NCBI GenBank assembly: GCA_977016875.1
Contig: CDRNST010000010.1
Coordinates: 1-64,000 of the forward strand
Length of the DNA stretch: 64,000 bases
Origin: Pavona decussata
Taxonomy: Eukaryota
Direction: 5' to 3'
Part shown: positions 13,138 to 25,742 of the stretch, in pieces
How the letters are laid out: every line of letters begins with the position of its first letter
Numbering within the stretch: position 1 is the stretch's first letter
The notes under the pieces: generated by a model
Told to the model about the DNA's origin: nothing
Database searches by the model: none
What the model saw: only the letters and a program-made list of their open reading frames with translations
Translations under genes and position numbers: made by a program

Positions 13138-15582
13138 TCCCGCTCCCCATCGAGGTAAAAAATAAACCTATAAAAGCTTCCAGTATGACTTTTGTTTTAC
13201 CAAATTCATGACGTTTTTAGTCTGAGGCTATGAAATAATGGGCTCGTTGTTGGTTTGCGCTATTAAAAATGTAGACTACACAGTAACATAGATTGTCGCA
13301 TTTAACTTCACCTTTCCCTTTTTTTCTTTTCTTTTCTGGTAATTCTTTAATATAATTAATAAACGTATTAATAGCGTGATAAAATTTGTAGACATCGTAT
13401 TTATCTTCAGTAGTCTTCGAGTTAAAGATTTTTGTGAACAGCTTGTCGTAGAAGTGCTAGCATACTTAACTTTTAGTTAATTTCTCTTCCATGTGAAAAC
13501 CAAACATCACTGAAACTAAATTTTTTTGCAGGGATGGGAAAGATACCTTTGAGTATTCTTTCCATAGGAACTCAAAGAGTTTTCCATCGCTGAAATGATG
13601 AATACAGTATTTATCTTTATCAGTTTCTTGTTGGTGCTTTTAAATTCCCATTTCATTAATTTTTTTTGTTCTATTCAAGTATGGCAGGTTTTTACTTCTC
13701 GGTCCATTTTTGATTTCCTATTCCTCTGTTTTCTTTGGGGAGCTTGGCTGCAATACAACACTGATGCCCAGCAAGGTGAGAAAACGAGTTTTAATTTATC
13801 GCTTATTCCAAACCAAAAAGCATAATTAGCTGTTAGAGGAGTTTACATCGTCTAAGACGTTAGACCTACAGATGCCTGTTTCTCTAACATTTCCTTAGCT
13901 TATCTAGCCCTGCATTGTGCATACGTAATGTTCTTAGAATCGTTACTGATTTTGGAAGCTGAATTTTCTTTATCTTTTGATGCAATTTGTTGGGAAAATA
14001 TCCCACTAAGAAATCAAAAAGAAATCAAAACTTATTGGAACAAAGTGGAGTTCAATATGTTTTCTCTGTTTCAGTCAAAATACTTGTCTGTTAATGAATG
14101 AAGCTATTGGTTTAACCTACATACAAATCATTTTGTTTTTTACAGATGGGATTTGAAATACCACTTTCGGACGAAGCAGTAAGCGTGTTTAGAAGAGTGA
14201 ATAACAAAATTGCGGATCTCCTTTCGGAGGTACAGCAAAAGGGCAAGGAAAGAGAGGCATTAAAGAAAGAAAACGAAAAGTTAAAGGAAAAGACCCAAAC
14301 AGGAAAAGGGAGGAAGGTGGATCAAGTAAGAAGGTGGCGGAAAAACAACCCAGCCAAGTTGAGAGCAAAAGAAAAGATGGAGGGAGAGGCAGAGAGGAAA
14401 AGTAAGGGGGGGGCAGAAAAAAAAAAAACAAGCTGAGCGAGAAGCGCCAGCGGGAAGAGGAGAGGAAGGAGAAGGGGGAAAGGAAGAAGATGCGAGAACT
14501 GCTGGAAAGTTTTGTGTATTTAAGGTTTCTTTCTTTTTTTCTCTCATTTCTTTTAGATAGCGGCTTCTCAGCTCTTAACTTTACTTACAATGACTGGTCT
14601 AAGAAAACGCTCTGCCTGAAAGCGCAACCCCATTGAAAAGTTTCTTGACACTAAATGCCTGATCTGTTTCACCCCCAAGATACGCCTTCGAAACATTTCC
14701 AAATTTTCTGCGGGGACGGAAAAGATACCTTCGAGTATTCTTTCCATAGGAACTCAAAGAGTTTTCCATCGCTGAAATGATGAATACAGTATTTATCTTT
14801 ATTGGTTTCTTGTTGGTGCTTTTAAATTTCCATTTCATTATTTTTTTTTTTTGTTCTATTCAAGTATGGCAGGGTGTTACTTCTCGGTCCATTTTGATTT
14901 CCTATTCCCCTGTTATCTTTGGGGAGCTTGGCTGCAATACAACACTGATGCCCAGCAAGGTGAGGAGATCAGTTTTAATTTATCGCTTATACCAAACCAA
15001 AAGGTGTCATTAGCTGTTCTTATGTTATGGGTGTTTACATTGTCTAGGCATTAGACCTACAGATGCCCGTTTCTGTAACATTCCCTTAACCTATCTAGCC
15101 GTGGATTGTGCATACGCAATGTTCTTAGAATTGTTACTGATTTTGGAAGCTGAATATTATTTTCTTTATCTTATGATGCAATTTATTGGGAAAAAATCAG
15201 GGCGTTGAAGTTCTGCCCCTTACGCATAACCAGTCGACTGGTACTTTTAGCTCCGGGGTTGTAGCATGCGTAGTTAAAAAAAAAATCCTCAGTCTTTTGT
15301 TCCAAGTTTTCGGTCAGTCGCCCTTTGTTTTGATTGTCACATCCTTGTGTGCTCCTTAAACTCTTTATTTTTCCCACTGCCACCTGCTCACACACACAAA
15401 CCCATTTTGCCAACTTTTACTGTTCCTCTCACACTTATTTGACCTATTATTTCACCACGTTTTTTGTTCACCCTTTGTCGCTGTCCCCTTCAAATACACC
15501 CTCTTTCCCCGTTCGTTTCACTTTGCTCAACCACCCGTTGCCCGAGTTTTTACGACGTATTTCCAGAATCCTGTGTATTATA

Positions 15583-16098
15583 ATGGCTTTTATGTCCGTT
15601 GTCATTGAGCTCGATGGGTTCCAGCATGGCCGTGAATTTTTTCACCTCAAGGCCTTGGCCATGAACAGTCTCTTCGGCCGGCGGTGCTGTATTCGAAAGT
15701 TTGATACGACAGATTTGCTGAACGCGACTCCTGACGCTTGGCATACGTATTCCCACCAGTCCGCAACCCATGGCTGGCCAATCTTAGACAGCGGGATTCC
15801 GTCCTCTTCCGCCATGGACAGCCTCTCGTCGTTTTTGGAGGCAGCTGTCCTCGACGAGCTCGAGCGTGTAAAAACGGCCCCTACGACCCTTGTCCTATGG
15901 GTCAAGGGACATCAAAAGTTGTTGCTCCTCCAGGACCTGCTGGGGTCATTTACCTTAGATGATTTGAACTTGTGCGTAAGGAACCTGGAGGACATTGGAT
16001 GCCCGTCCCTCAAGCGGTTAATGCCAAGCCATCTCCCGATGACCACCAGGCATAAACTACAAGCCCTAACAGATTGGATGCAGAGCCACCTGCGATAA
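15583..16098 (+). CDS. Second copy of the DnaQ/Maelstrom-like accessory ORF, family A
   Basis: Intact 171-aa near-identical paralogue of 8022; retains DGFQHG. Confidence 0.65.
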   Translation: MAFMSVVIELDGFQHGREFFHLKALAMNSLFGRRCCIRKFDTTDLLNATPDAWHTYSHQSATHGWPILDSGIPSSSAMDSLSSFLEAAVLDELERVKTAPTTLVLWVKGHQKLLLLQDLLGSFTLDDLNLCVRNLEDIGCPSLKRLMPSHLPMTTRHKLQALTDWMQSHLR

Positions 16099-16314
16099 TT
16101 AGTTCGTGAGTTGTAGTAGTTAGCTTTTCTTTCCACCTGTGCCTGGACGCACATATATCTGTATATCTCCATATATCAAAAACAAAAAAAACAAACAAAA
16201 AACAAACAAAAAAAACTGTATTGCACCATATTTAGCCATATATTTTACTACGTTTCCACGTCATTTCAATTAGGTTCTTTCTTTTCGCCCTTTTCTCTCG
16301 CCCGGAGTCTTGAC

Positions 16315-17696
16315 AAAAGTTGGGAGAGTGTTACGGGGGCTTTGGGCAATGTTGGCAAGAATTAGGAACTTAGGTTCGCACAGAATTTATTAGTCATAGT
16401 ATAATCAAATATATAGCTTGCTTTAGATTTGCGCTAGTCGTCACGGCTGATTGTCCGTGATTCAACCATATTTTATCTTAGAAAAAAGAAAGAAGGAGTT
16501 GGTCTTCTTGCAAATTATTTATTCGCTTCGCTGGAAGAAGTTATTCGCTTTAAGATTCACTGTTCTTGTTCTCTGTAACCTTAGGAAACCAACGGAAAGA
16601 AATGTAAACAACTTGTAGAGCTAAATTAGCATTTCTTTTGTCCCTTGAGGATTTAGAAGTATTGTATTAAACTTAAGTCAACAATCACTTCTTTAGTTTA
16701 TTAACTTTAAACTACTTTCATTTGAGCTTGTTTGGTTACTTTGGAAGTAGATAGCTTCTACACGATTAATTTAAAACCTAGCAAGTTCAGCTGGCCTGTC
16801 ATTTCCTAGTTGAATTGGTTCTCGTTAGACGTGTTGATGTACTTAACGAAAAGTTCTTCTTATCTCCGGAAATATTCACTCGCAGCTGTTGTTAGTTGTG
16901 GGATTCATTAAGATTTTCCAAGTTGTAATTTAGTGTATTCAGAAAGACGTTTGATGCCGGAATTAGTTTTCCAAGCTGGACTCACAATCTAGAGATCCAA
17001 GCAACAATTTTAATTTAGTTCGCTATTTACAACACTTTGGTTCCGCTCTAAATATTTTAGTTAGTTATCTACAAGGACACTTGTACCGCTCTTAATTGTT
17101 TTTCATTTAGTTCTATTGACAAGTGTATAGCACCTTGTAAAAAACAATTAATGTACAAGCACATAAAAGCCCTTGTGAAAGCGTGTTAAAAGTTTTTCTT
17201 GTATCTATGATTGTGGGGTTTCAAAGACAAGCACAAATTGGTGTGCTTTGTTTCTCAGTGAGGTTGCGAACAGCGTGCATTGTAAAGTCCATGTACTTAT
17301 TCTTCATTTAGATTCACCGTTGAGTTCTTCTTGTGCTACTTTGAAAGTGTTTGTGTTTAAATCATATTTCTTGAAGCGCATCAAAAGTTTTAAGATTAAG
17401 ATTGTGCAGTTTGGGCGTGCAGATTGGGGGTCCTTTGTTTACAGATTTTTGGTACCCTACACCCAGAGGGTGAAATTCAATGGAACCGTGTGCCCTGCAC
17501 CTATTTTTATAAAGCCGGAACCGAACTTCATAAAGTAGAAATTTTCAGTTTATTTGAAAAAGTGATTGACTGCAATTGTCAAGATTATTACTGTGACAGC
17601 TGTATAAAAACATTAAAAAAAGCTAAGCAAGTACTAGTTATTACCTGGAGGAAATGGGTTTAAATATTATTATTTATATTCTTATTACCTTTTACA
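16315..17696 (+). mobile_element. PPT plus LTR, duplicate of 8754-10135
   Basis: gggagag then TGTTACG at 16329. Confidence 0.55.
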
Positions 17697-20600
17697 TGTT
17701 AAATTTTTTTAAAATTCAAATATTCATATTCAAGCTTTTACTTATTTACATCAAGCAACACGTGTTTTTTGTTGTTGTAAGGTAAGCCTACAAATTTTTT
17801 TAGCCCCATTGATAAGAGACATTTTGTTATGCCCATGTCCAACCGTCTGTCGACGTACGTCCGCCCCTCTATTTAAGCCAATGTCAAATGCCACAATCAA
17901 TTTAACTCTGTGCCTTGATACAGCTTACTGTATTTTGCGAAACGAAACGAAAAATGAAGGGTAAAATAATAAACAAAATTGAACAATAAACACCAGAAGT
18001 GCAGATTGCAGCAAACTCTAAGAGTAAATGTCTGTAAAAACCAAAAAATCCTGGACACAGCTCAAATTTGGAATTCGCTCATGCTTTGTACAGTGATAGT
18101 CTCTAGTACCACACTTATGAAAAGGAGATCCGTTTGACCAAATAACCACTCCTTTACGAGGAAACAAATTTTAAATGATCAACAGCATTTTTTGTCAACA
18201 AAACCTCAAATAATGAATACAAAAAATAAACCTATAAAAGCTTCCAGTATGACTTTTGTTTTACCAAATTCATGACGTTTTTAGTCTGAGGCTATGAAAT
18301 AATGGGCTCGTTGTTGGTTTGCGCTATTAAAAATGTAGACTACACAGTAACATAGATCGTCGCATTTAACTTCACCTTTCCCTTTTTTTCTTTTCTTTTC
18401 TGGTAATTCTTTAATATAATTAATAAACCTATTAGTAGGGTGATAAAATTTGTAGACATCGTATTTATCTTCAGTAGTCTTCGAGTTAAAGATTTTTGTG
18501 AACAGCTTGTCGTAGAAGTGCTAGCATACTTAACTTTTAGTTAATTTCTCTTCCATGTGAAAACCAAACATCACTGAAACTAAATTTTTTGCAGGGATGG
18601 GAAAGATACCTTTGAGTATTCTTTCCATAGGAACTCAAAGAGTTTTCCATCGCTGAAATGATGAATACAGTATTTATCTTTATCAGTTTCTTGTTGGTGC
18701 TTTTAAATTCCCATTTCATTAATTTTTTTTGTTCTATTCAAGTATGGCAGGTTTTTACTTCTCGGTCCAATTTTGATTTCCTATTCCTCTGTTTTCTTTG
18801 GGGAGCTTGGCTGCAATACAACACTGATGCCCAGCAAGGTGAGAAAACGAGTTTTAATTTATCGCTTATTCCAAACCAAAAAGCATAATTAGCTGTTAGA
18901 GGAGTTTACATCGTCTAAGACGTTAGACCTACAGATGCCTGTTTCTCTAACATTCCCTTAGCTTATCTAGCCCTGCATTGTGCATACGTAATGTTCTGAG
19001 AATCGTTACTGATTTTGGAAGCTGAATTTTCTTTATCTTTTGATGCAATTTGTTGGGAAAATATCCCGCTAAGAAATCAAAAAGAAATCAAAACTTATTG
19101 GAACAAAGTGGAGTTCAATATGTTTTCTCTGTTTCAGTCAAAATACTTGTCTGTTAATGAATGAAGCTATTGGTTTAACCTACATACAAATCATTTTGGT
19201 TTTTACAGATGGGATTTGAAATACCACTTTCGGACGAAGCAGTACGCGTGTTTAGAAGAGTGAATAACAAAATTGCGGATCTCCTTTCGGAGGTACAACA
19301 AAAGGGCAAGGAAATAGAAGCATTAAAGAAAGAAAACGAAAAGTTAAAGGAAAAGACCCAAACAGGAAAAGGGAGGAAGGTGGATCAAGTAAGAAGGTGG
19401 CGGAAAAACAACCCAGCCAAGTTGAGAGCAAAAGAAAAGATGGAGGGAGAGGCAGAGATGAAAAATAAGGGGGGGGCAGAAAAAAAAAACAAGCTGAGCG
19501 AGAAGCGCCAGCGGGAAGAGGAGAGGAAGGAGAAGGGGGAAAGGAAGAAGATGCGAGAACTGCTGGAAAGTTTTGTGTATTTAAGGTTTCTTTCTTTTTT
19601 TCTCTCATTTCTTTTAGATAGCGGCTTCTCAGCTCTTAACTTTACTTACAATGACTGGTCTAAGAAAACGCTCTGCCTGAAAGCGCAACCCCATTGAAAA
19701 GTTTCTTGAAACTAAATGCCTGATCTGTTTCACCCCCAAGATACGCCTTCGAAACATTTTCAAATTTTCTGCGGGGACGGAAAAGATACCTTCGAGTATT
19801 CTTTCCATAGGAACTCAAAGAGTTTTCCATCGCTGAAATGATGAATACAGTATTTATCTTTATTGGTTTCTTGTTGGTGCTTTAAATTTCCATTTCATTA
19901 TTTTTTTTTTGTTCTATTCAAGTATGGCAGGGTGTTACTTCTCGGTCCATTTTGATTTCCTATTCCCCTGTTATCTTTGGGGAGCTTGGCTGCAATACAA
20001 CACTGATGCCCAGCAAGGTGAGGAGATCAGTTTTAATTTATCGCTTATACCAAACCAAAAGGTGTCATTAGCTGTTCTTATGTTATGGGTGTTTACATTG
20101 TCTAGCCATTAGACCTACAGATGCCCGTTTCTGTAACATTCCCTTAACCTATCTAGCCGTGGATTGTGCATACGCAATGTTCTTAGAATTGTTACTGATT
20201 TTGGAAGCTGAATATTATTTTCTTTATCTTTTGATGCAATTTATTGGGAAAAAATCAGGGATTTTTGAGCTAAAATGTTAGTTAAGTGCAAAATTCGAGA
20301 TTCCGTCTATGACTAAGTCTGAATGATAATTTAATTTGTTTTATTCTGGCACTTAAACTTTTGATCCCCAATACCAGTCGGTTCTTTAGATAAAATCTTA
20401 AATCATGACGATTTTTTCTGTTTTATGTACTGCTGGTTTACTAACCAATGAGGGTAAAAGTGATTAAGTTTGCGGAATCGCAGGTAGCATGATATGTGGA
20501 ATGGCATAATTATGTGAAATATGAGATATGCGGAACGAGAAATAACTAAATTAACTGAAGGGTGTGTCCTGTTTCGCACCACTTTTATCAGAGTAGCAGT

Positions 20601-21299
20601 TTTTTATGTTGTGCACTCTAGCCGAATATTAAACAACTAAACAACAGATTAAGGATTAGAGAATAAAGGTCTGTGATAGAAAATGTCTTATCTCTGGTTA
20701 GGAACAAATTGAGGGTGAAGTAATCAATAGATACTTTATATAGTTTTCGCATTCAGGGAACCATGAGTAAATCTGTAGTAAACTAAATTTCATGTTCACT
20801 TTTCTCCTTGCAACTTCGGTTGACAAAAATATTACTATGACTTTGAATATATAAAACAATAATATATGAAACATAATTTTGAATCTTAGCATTGAAACCA
20901 AATTCAGATTATGTTAACATCATTGCCTTGTGCAGAGTGAATGCGTTTCAGTCAACACTGGACCACAAATTGACAACGTTATCTAAAAGACGTAATAAGA
21001 AGGCCTGACTGGACATATGGGGCCAATGAGGTATCAATTGTACATCTCGAAAAATAAATAAGTAGTTATGTGCTTGAAACTAACGGTTTTTTTGACATCA
21101 CAATGGGACTTTAGAAAAGTGGGATAATTAAAACTGAACTATGGGTGTTATATTTTTTACATTTTGAATGACTTATTGCAGGAGGTTTAACAACTCATAA
21201 CTCCACTCCAACAAAACCTTCCCAGGACCAAACATGGTCAAAGCGAATCAACTTGCACTGATTTAGCGGACTTATGTAGGAAATAAGTGTCAATACTAA

Positions 21300-21538
21300 G
21301 GGCATTTTCTATTTGTCAGAACTGTCCAGCCAGTTCAATTATTTTGCAAACAAAATGCTCCAATTTGAATGACAGTTTGTATGCCACACTTTTCAATTGG
21401 TTCAAAATGACACACTATTCTGATGAAGTGACATTTTTGAATAATTCAAGGAATCAGCCCTTCAAACAATGATAGACTCGATTTATGGATTTGTCAGAAC
21501 CAGTCTAGCTGACAGTTTCTGACAAATGGAAAGCGCCC
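21300..21538. mobile_element. MITE with degenerate TIRs (PIF/Harbinger-like)
   Basis: gggcattttctatttgtcagaactgtc ... gacagtttctgacaaatggaaagcgccc; TAA on the left flank. Confidence 0.65.
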
Positions 21539-22009
21539 CAGTTCTAACAATCAAATCAGAATGAATACCTAATTGTTGAGCGGTGGATTGTTTATATAAC
21601 GACAAAGGGCCTGCTACAGCCAGTGTTGAGATATAGGGCTTTCGCTTATACTCCTCACCTCCAGTTTAAGGGTTGTTGGAGTTGTCTTTTGGAAGGTAAA
21701 ATGGAATTTCTGAAGGGTTTTTAGGGAGGGGGGATTCAAGCCACAATCCGTCCATTTATTGGAGGGGAATGGACATTTTCTTGAACAATACGTTGGTAGC
21801 TAACAAGTTGCATGTGTCTTATTTTAGTTTCAGACAAGGATATTTCATGCGAGTCTCCCAGCAGATCCAATGATTCAGATGCCCCAACAATTATTCACGA
21901 CATTGACACAGTAGTTTTATGTGCCACACAGGCCTTTTTTCTTTAGGTCACTCATGTGAGCCTAACCATATTAGTTCTTTTAGAGACACGCTGCGCTCAA
22001 TGCCACGTA

Positions 22010-22265
22010 GTATTGGCGCTTCACAATCACTTCCTCGTGTACTAAATGGCAAGTTTATTTAAATAATGAAACCACTGATTCTTTGACAACTAAAAATCAA
22101 TCGCCTTTCACAAGATCTTAAACTTGTTGACAGCACATTTACACAATGGCAAAGTCGATTGACTCGTTTCGCGAAAACAAATTCGCATCATGATAGTATA
22201 TTATTACAATTTTTGTCAAAACATTCTAATGCAGTTTCGCATGTCTGTGTCTCTTTTGCGCCTGA
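22010..22265 (+). pseudogene. env heptad-repeat fragment from another family
   Basis: RVLNGKFI..., KINRLSQDLKLVDSTFTQWQSRL...LLQFLSKHSNAV matches RVVNGKV...MRDMDRSFTTWNQQL...MEFLSLY of the main env. Confidence 0.7.
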
Positions 22266-22267
22266 CT

Positions 22268-22520
22268 AAAATGGTCGAACGTTTTAATGGAACTCTTGCT
22301 CAAAGCCTTTCCATGTACGTCAGCAGCTCACAGAAAGATTGGACCGCTATTTGAACCCAGTCCTTTTTGGGTACGGCATCTCACCATCGGAAGTAACGGG
22401 AGAATCTCCATTTTTCCTTCTCTACGGCCGCCAGCCACGCCTTCCTATGGATGTCTCTATGCTGCCTCCCTGAGATATCTCCGCCTCTATTGCCGAGCAT
22501 CGAGCGCAAGTGGTCTTGGC
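22268..22520 (+). pseudogene. Gypsy integrase core fragment
   Basis: MVERFNGTLAQSLSMYVSSSQKDW...TGESPFFLLYGRQPRLPMD. Confidence 0.85.
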
Positions 22521-22674
22521 TCATGTATCTGTCACAGAAAGTCCACTTTCTTCCCACCAAGAGCCAGGCCACTCAGTTTCCAGTACACCTCCACTACTTC
22601 CCCTTCGGGAAATCCTAACTCAGAGGGGTACGACAATGTAGTGTCACCAGTTTCCTCTTCATTTTTGGCAACTG

Positions 22675-24665
22675 ATGTTTATGATTCTGTTTATCATTAT
22701 TGTTCCCGTGACAACCCAGGAATACGATGAATCTGGCAAGAGAATTACCTTTTTCCCTAACAGTTCAATGATTGCATCCAACCCGTGCCCGCTCATTTTG
22801 TTTAATGATACCAAGTTAGTCAGTATTCACACAGATCTGAAAATACTTCCGTGCGGTGCTTGGCTACAGTTAAATACGAGCTGCGATTCTGTTTAGGTTG
22901 CTTTCTACACGAAAATTCTCGACTCTATAAGCAGTATACAGCGCACAACCCATCACTTATATTTGCTACAAAGAGTTACTAGCCTTTTGGAGTGTGATAG
23001 CTTTTTGCGACGTTTTTATCAATATTCTACAGGCATGCCTTTTCAGATGTCTTGTCCAACACGCCATTACCCCAACAATTTACAAGAATGCAAAACATGG
23101 GCCCGCGCCACCTGCCGGCACCAGATGAACTTGCGTGGTTACGCGTGCGCCAACGCCGGAGTCCATTTATTTGCCACATGGGAGTTTTTGATTTGTTGAA
23201 GGCCTTGTATCATGTTTTTACAAAGAAGAGTTGTGATACGCCCCAAGGTCCTAATTTGATATCGGTTCTTCGCGAAACAGCGGGCACAATGGTCACTAGC
23301 CAGCAGCTAACTCGCGTGGTCAATGGGAAAGTCACGTACCTTGTCAAAACAATAGACCTACTGAACACTAAAGTTAAACAATTACTTAATTCAATGCGTG
23401 ACATGGACCGCTCATTTACCACCTGGAACCAGCAACTACAAAAATAATTCACCAAGGAACAATGTCACTATCACGCCAACATGGAATTTTTATCCTTATA
23501 TTTTCTTCAGGTCAACCGCGCTATGAGTAATATATTATGCTTAACGGAGATTGAAGATGTTTTTCAACAACTCTCTCATCTCACGGGGAAGACTCTCATC
23601 AGCTTTGCCGATCTGCCGCGTTTTCTAACTACGGAATTAAATGTCTGTCTAGCAACAATTCCAACCCTGGTTTACACTCTTGACGCTCTCAAATCTGGTT
23701 TTGCAACCATCATCCAGCCTTTGGTAGATTACAAATTCCAGCACAACAAGAAATTACAACTGAATTTGCTTTTAACCCTTCCTGAAATATCGTCCTCAAA
23801 ATCTATTTGCACTATTGAACAATTAAGGCCAATTACTTACAGTCACAAAAAACATTGTTTTGGCAGCCCGGTGCCTTTCGATGACCTGCTATTGTTAACT
23901 TGTGACAATCAACGATACCTTCTAGAAGCACCCGAATTGGATAAATGTTTTCAGGATGACACTACAATTCTCTGTCCAGAGAATATTCTGCATACCGTTC
24001 AGCAGCCGACTTGGCTTGGCCTACCCTGGACACCGAATTCGAAAGTTGCATTTAAGCAACTTCATAGGGTTCTAACACCTTGTCGCCACACACCGTTGAT
24101 GTTGTTATTTGGAGGCTGCTATTATTTGAGCATTGCTTTTCATAACCTCACTTTGTATTCCCACTCCACCAGCACACAATTATCCTTGTCGCCCTTATCA
24201 ATTATTCACGTACCTTGTAATTCATCCTTTCAATATGAAAAGGGAGGTTTAGGAACCTGTCCCCAAACTTTACGTTTTTCAATTCCGCTTTTTTAAAATA
24301 GCCATTTTACCTATGTCCTGTGGGTTACTGCAAATACTCCTACAGTTAATATTTCCGCACCTAACATTCCCATTCCTGCAGATTTGAACCTTGAATACTC
24401 TACCATGGTTTCTTTAGATAACACATACGATCTTGTTGACCGCACTCTCACCCAGTGCCTTACTAAACTTAAAAACGACATTAACCAACTCCAACCTACT
24501 ACATCTACCAGTGTCAACGATATTTTTACTTATCTTACATTCGCGTTAACCATATTGAATTTTCTCGCTTTTTTGTTTTTGTTCGTGTGCATTCGCCAAA
24601 CCCATCACCCTTTACAATTGCTGACTATTTCATTGTCCACATGCGAAACAACCACGGACGACTAA
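22675..24665 (+). pseudogene. env: Nearly full-length env (class I fusion glycoprotein) with stops and a frameshift
   Basis: Signal peptide MFMILFIIIVP; furin site RVRQRR then hydrophobic SPFICHMGVFDLLKALY; heptad repeat; Cys-rich core; membrane-proximal heptad; TM IFTYLTFALTILNFLAFLFLFVCI. Spread over ORFs 22675, 22963, 23052, 23481 and 24384. Confidence 0.85.
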
Positions 24666-25034
24666 TTTTTACTGGTTTTTTTACCCCACATTCATTTATT
24701 TCATTCCCCTTGTCACACGGGTACCAACTAGTTCTCTCTTCCTTTCCCTACACATTCCCAAAGCAACTTTTGTTTTTCTTACTATGCCTTTTCGCGTTTT
24801 CTTATTACCAATTCTCTCAATTTTACCGCCGTTATTATTTATTATTATTTTTTTATGTATCATAATCATATAAATATATGGCAATTTATCCCTCCTATCT
24901 CATCGCCTTTTAGAGATAACCATACTCGCAGTTTACGGATGTTTACCCCTCTCATGTTTTACTCAGTTTATCTTTGCTGCCGTCATGTCTTGGTAAGTTG
25001 GCCTCTTTATCAGTTGTTTTCTTATTTGTCTTTC

Positions 25035-25742
25035 ATGGACCGTTTTCTTAACTATCTGCCCATTATGGCCAAAACTCTTCCTAGCTGGAACCCTATTCAA
25101 ACTGCTTTCATGCATTTTTCGACTCATGTCCTTTATTGTAGCAGAAAAACAAACAGTTTTGTCATCAAAATCAGTGGTAGCAGACATCGCTGCTCAAGCA
25201 TCCGGGCCACAACTTCTGACATTGCTCTTGTGCAAGAGCGGAGTACTTTCATCCAAGCTAAAGTGCGGTCGGGCCTCCTCCGTTGTAACAACTGTTGTGC
25301 TGGACGCCATGGCTCTCACATGGTGTGTTTTAATCCCGTAGTTTTGGACTCGACAGAACAAGACATAATGATCAGCACATTGGACGATGGCTTGTTGGAC
25401 TATACGACCACCTTTCCATTTGTCATTGTCTATGCCGTCGCACAGTATCTTCTCCTCGAGGAGAGTTTCTTTCGCCACCTCATTGAAACATATGCGCTCC
25501 TCCGTCAGGAAGACACTTATTTAAACACACATTTCCTCTTAGTGATACATAATTTGTTCATTGAAGAAAACGAGGACTTTGCCCGATATTTCTATCGGCA
25601 GTTTTGCGCCCGCTCGCCAAAAACGGTAGCTGCCGCGCATAGGGCTTACCCTAATCTTTTCCATAGCACTGGATTTTTTTGGGGGGGAGCCGTAATTAAG
25701 TTATGTTATTTTATTTTGTTTTGTTGTTTTGTGTACACGTAG
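25035..25742 (+). CDS. Gypsy accessory ORF-X (CCHC zinc-knuckle protein) running through the PPT
   Basis: Open frame downstream of env with RCNNCCAGRHGSHMVCFNP; C-terminal GFFWGG is encoded by the PPT; four diverged homologues in this window; start codon uncertain. Confidence 0.6.
   Translation: MDRFLNYLPIMAKTLPSWNPIQTAFMHFSTHVLYCSRKTNSFVIKISGSRHRCSSIRATTSDIALVQERSTFIQAKVRSGLLRCNNCCAGRHGSHMVCFNPVVLDSTEQDIMISTLDDGLLDYTTTFPFVIVYAVAQYLLLEESFFRHLIETYALLRQEDTYLNTHFLLVIHNLFIEENEDFARYFYRQFCARSPKTVAAAHRAYPNLFHSTGFFWGGAVIKLCYFILFCCFVYT

Larger units (their letters stand above)
5808..20260 (+). repeat. Recent segmental/tandem amplification of a ~5.06-kb unit: copy 1 ~5808-10654, copy 2 ~13157-18217, partial copy 3 ~18221-20260
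   Basis: Near-identical sequence at offsets of ~7.56 kb and ~5.06 kb; each unit also has an internal ~480-bp diverged direct repeat (e.g. ~5960-6435 vs ~7137-7631). Confidence 0.95.

Noticed and set aside
6028-20112. Repeated 67-78-aa ORFs (MMNTVFIF..., MFYSSMAG...)
   Set aside because: They recur only because the DNA is duplicated; frames differ between the diverged repeat copies and no motif is recognisable
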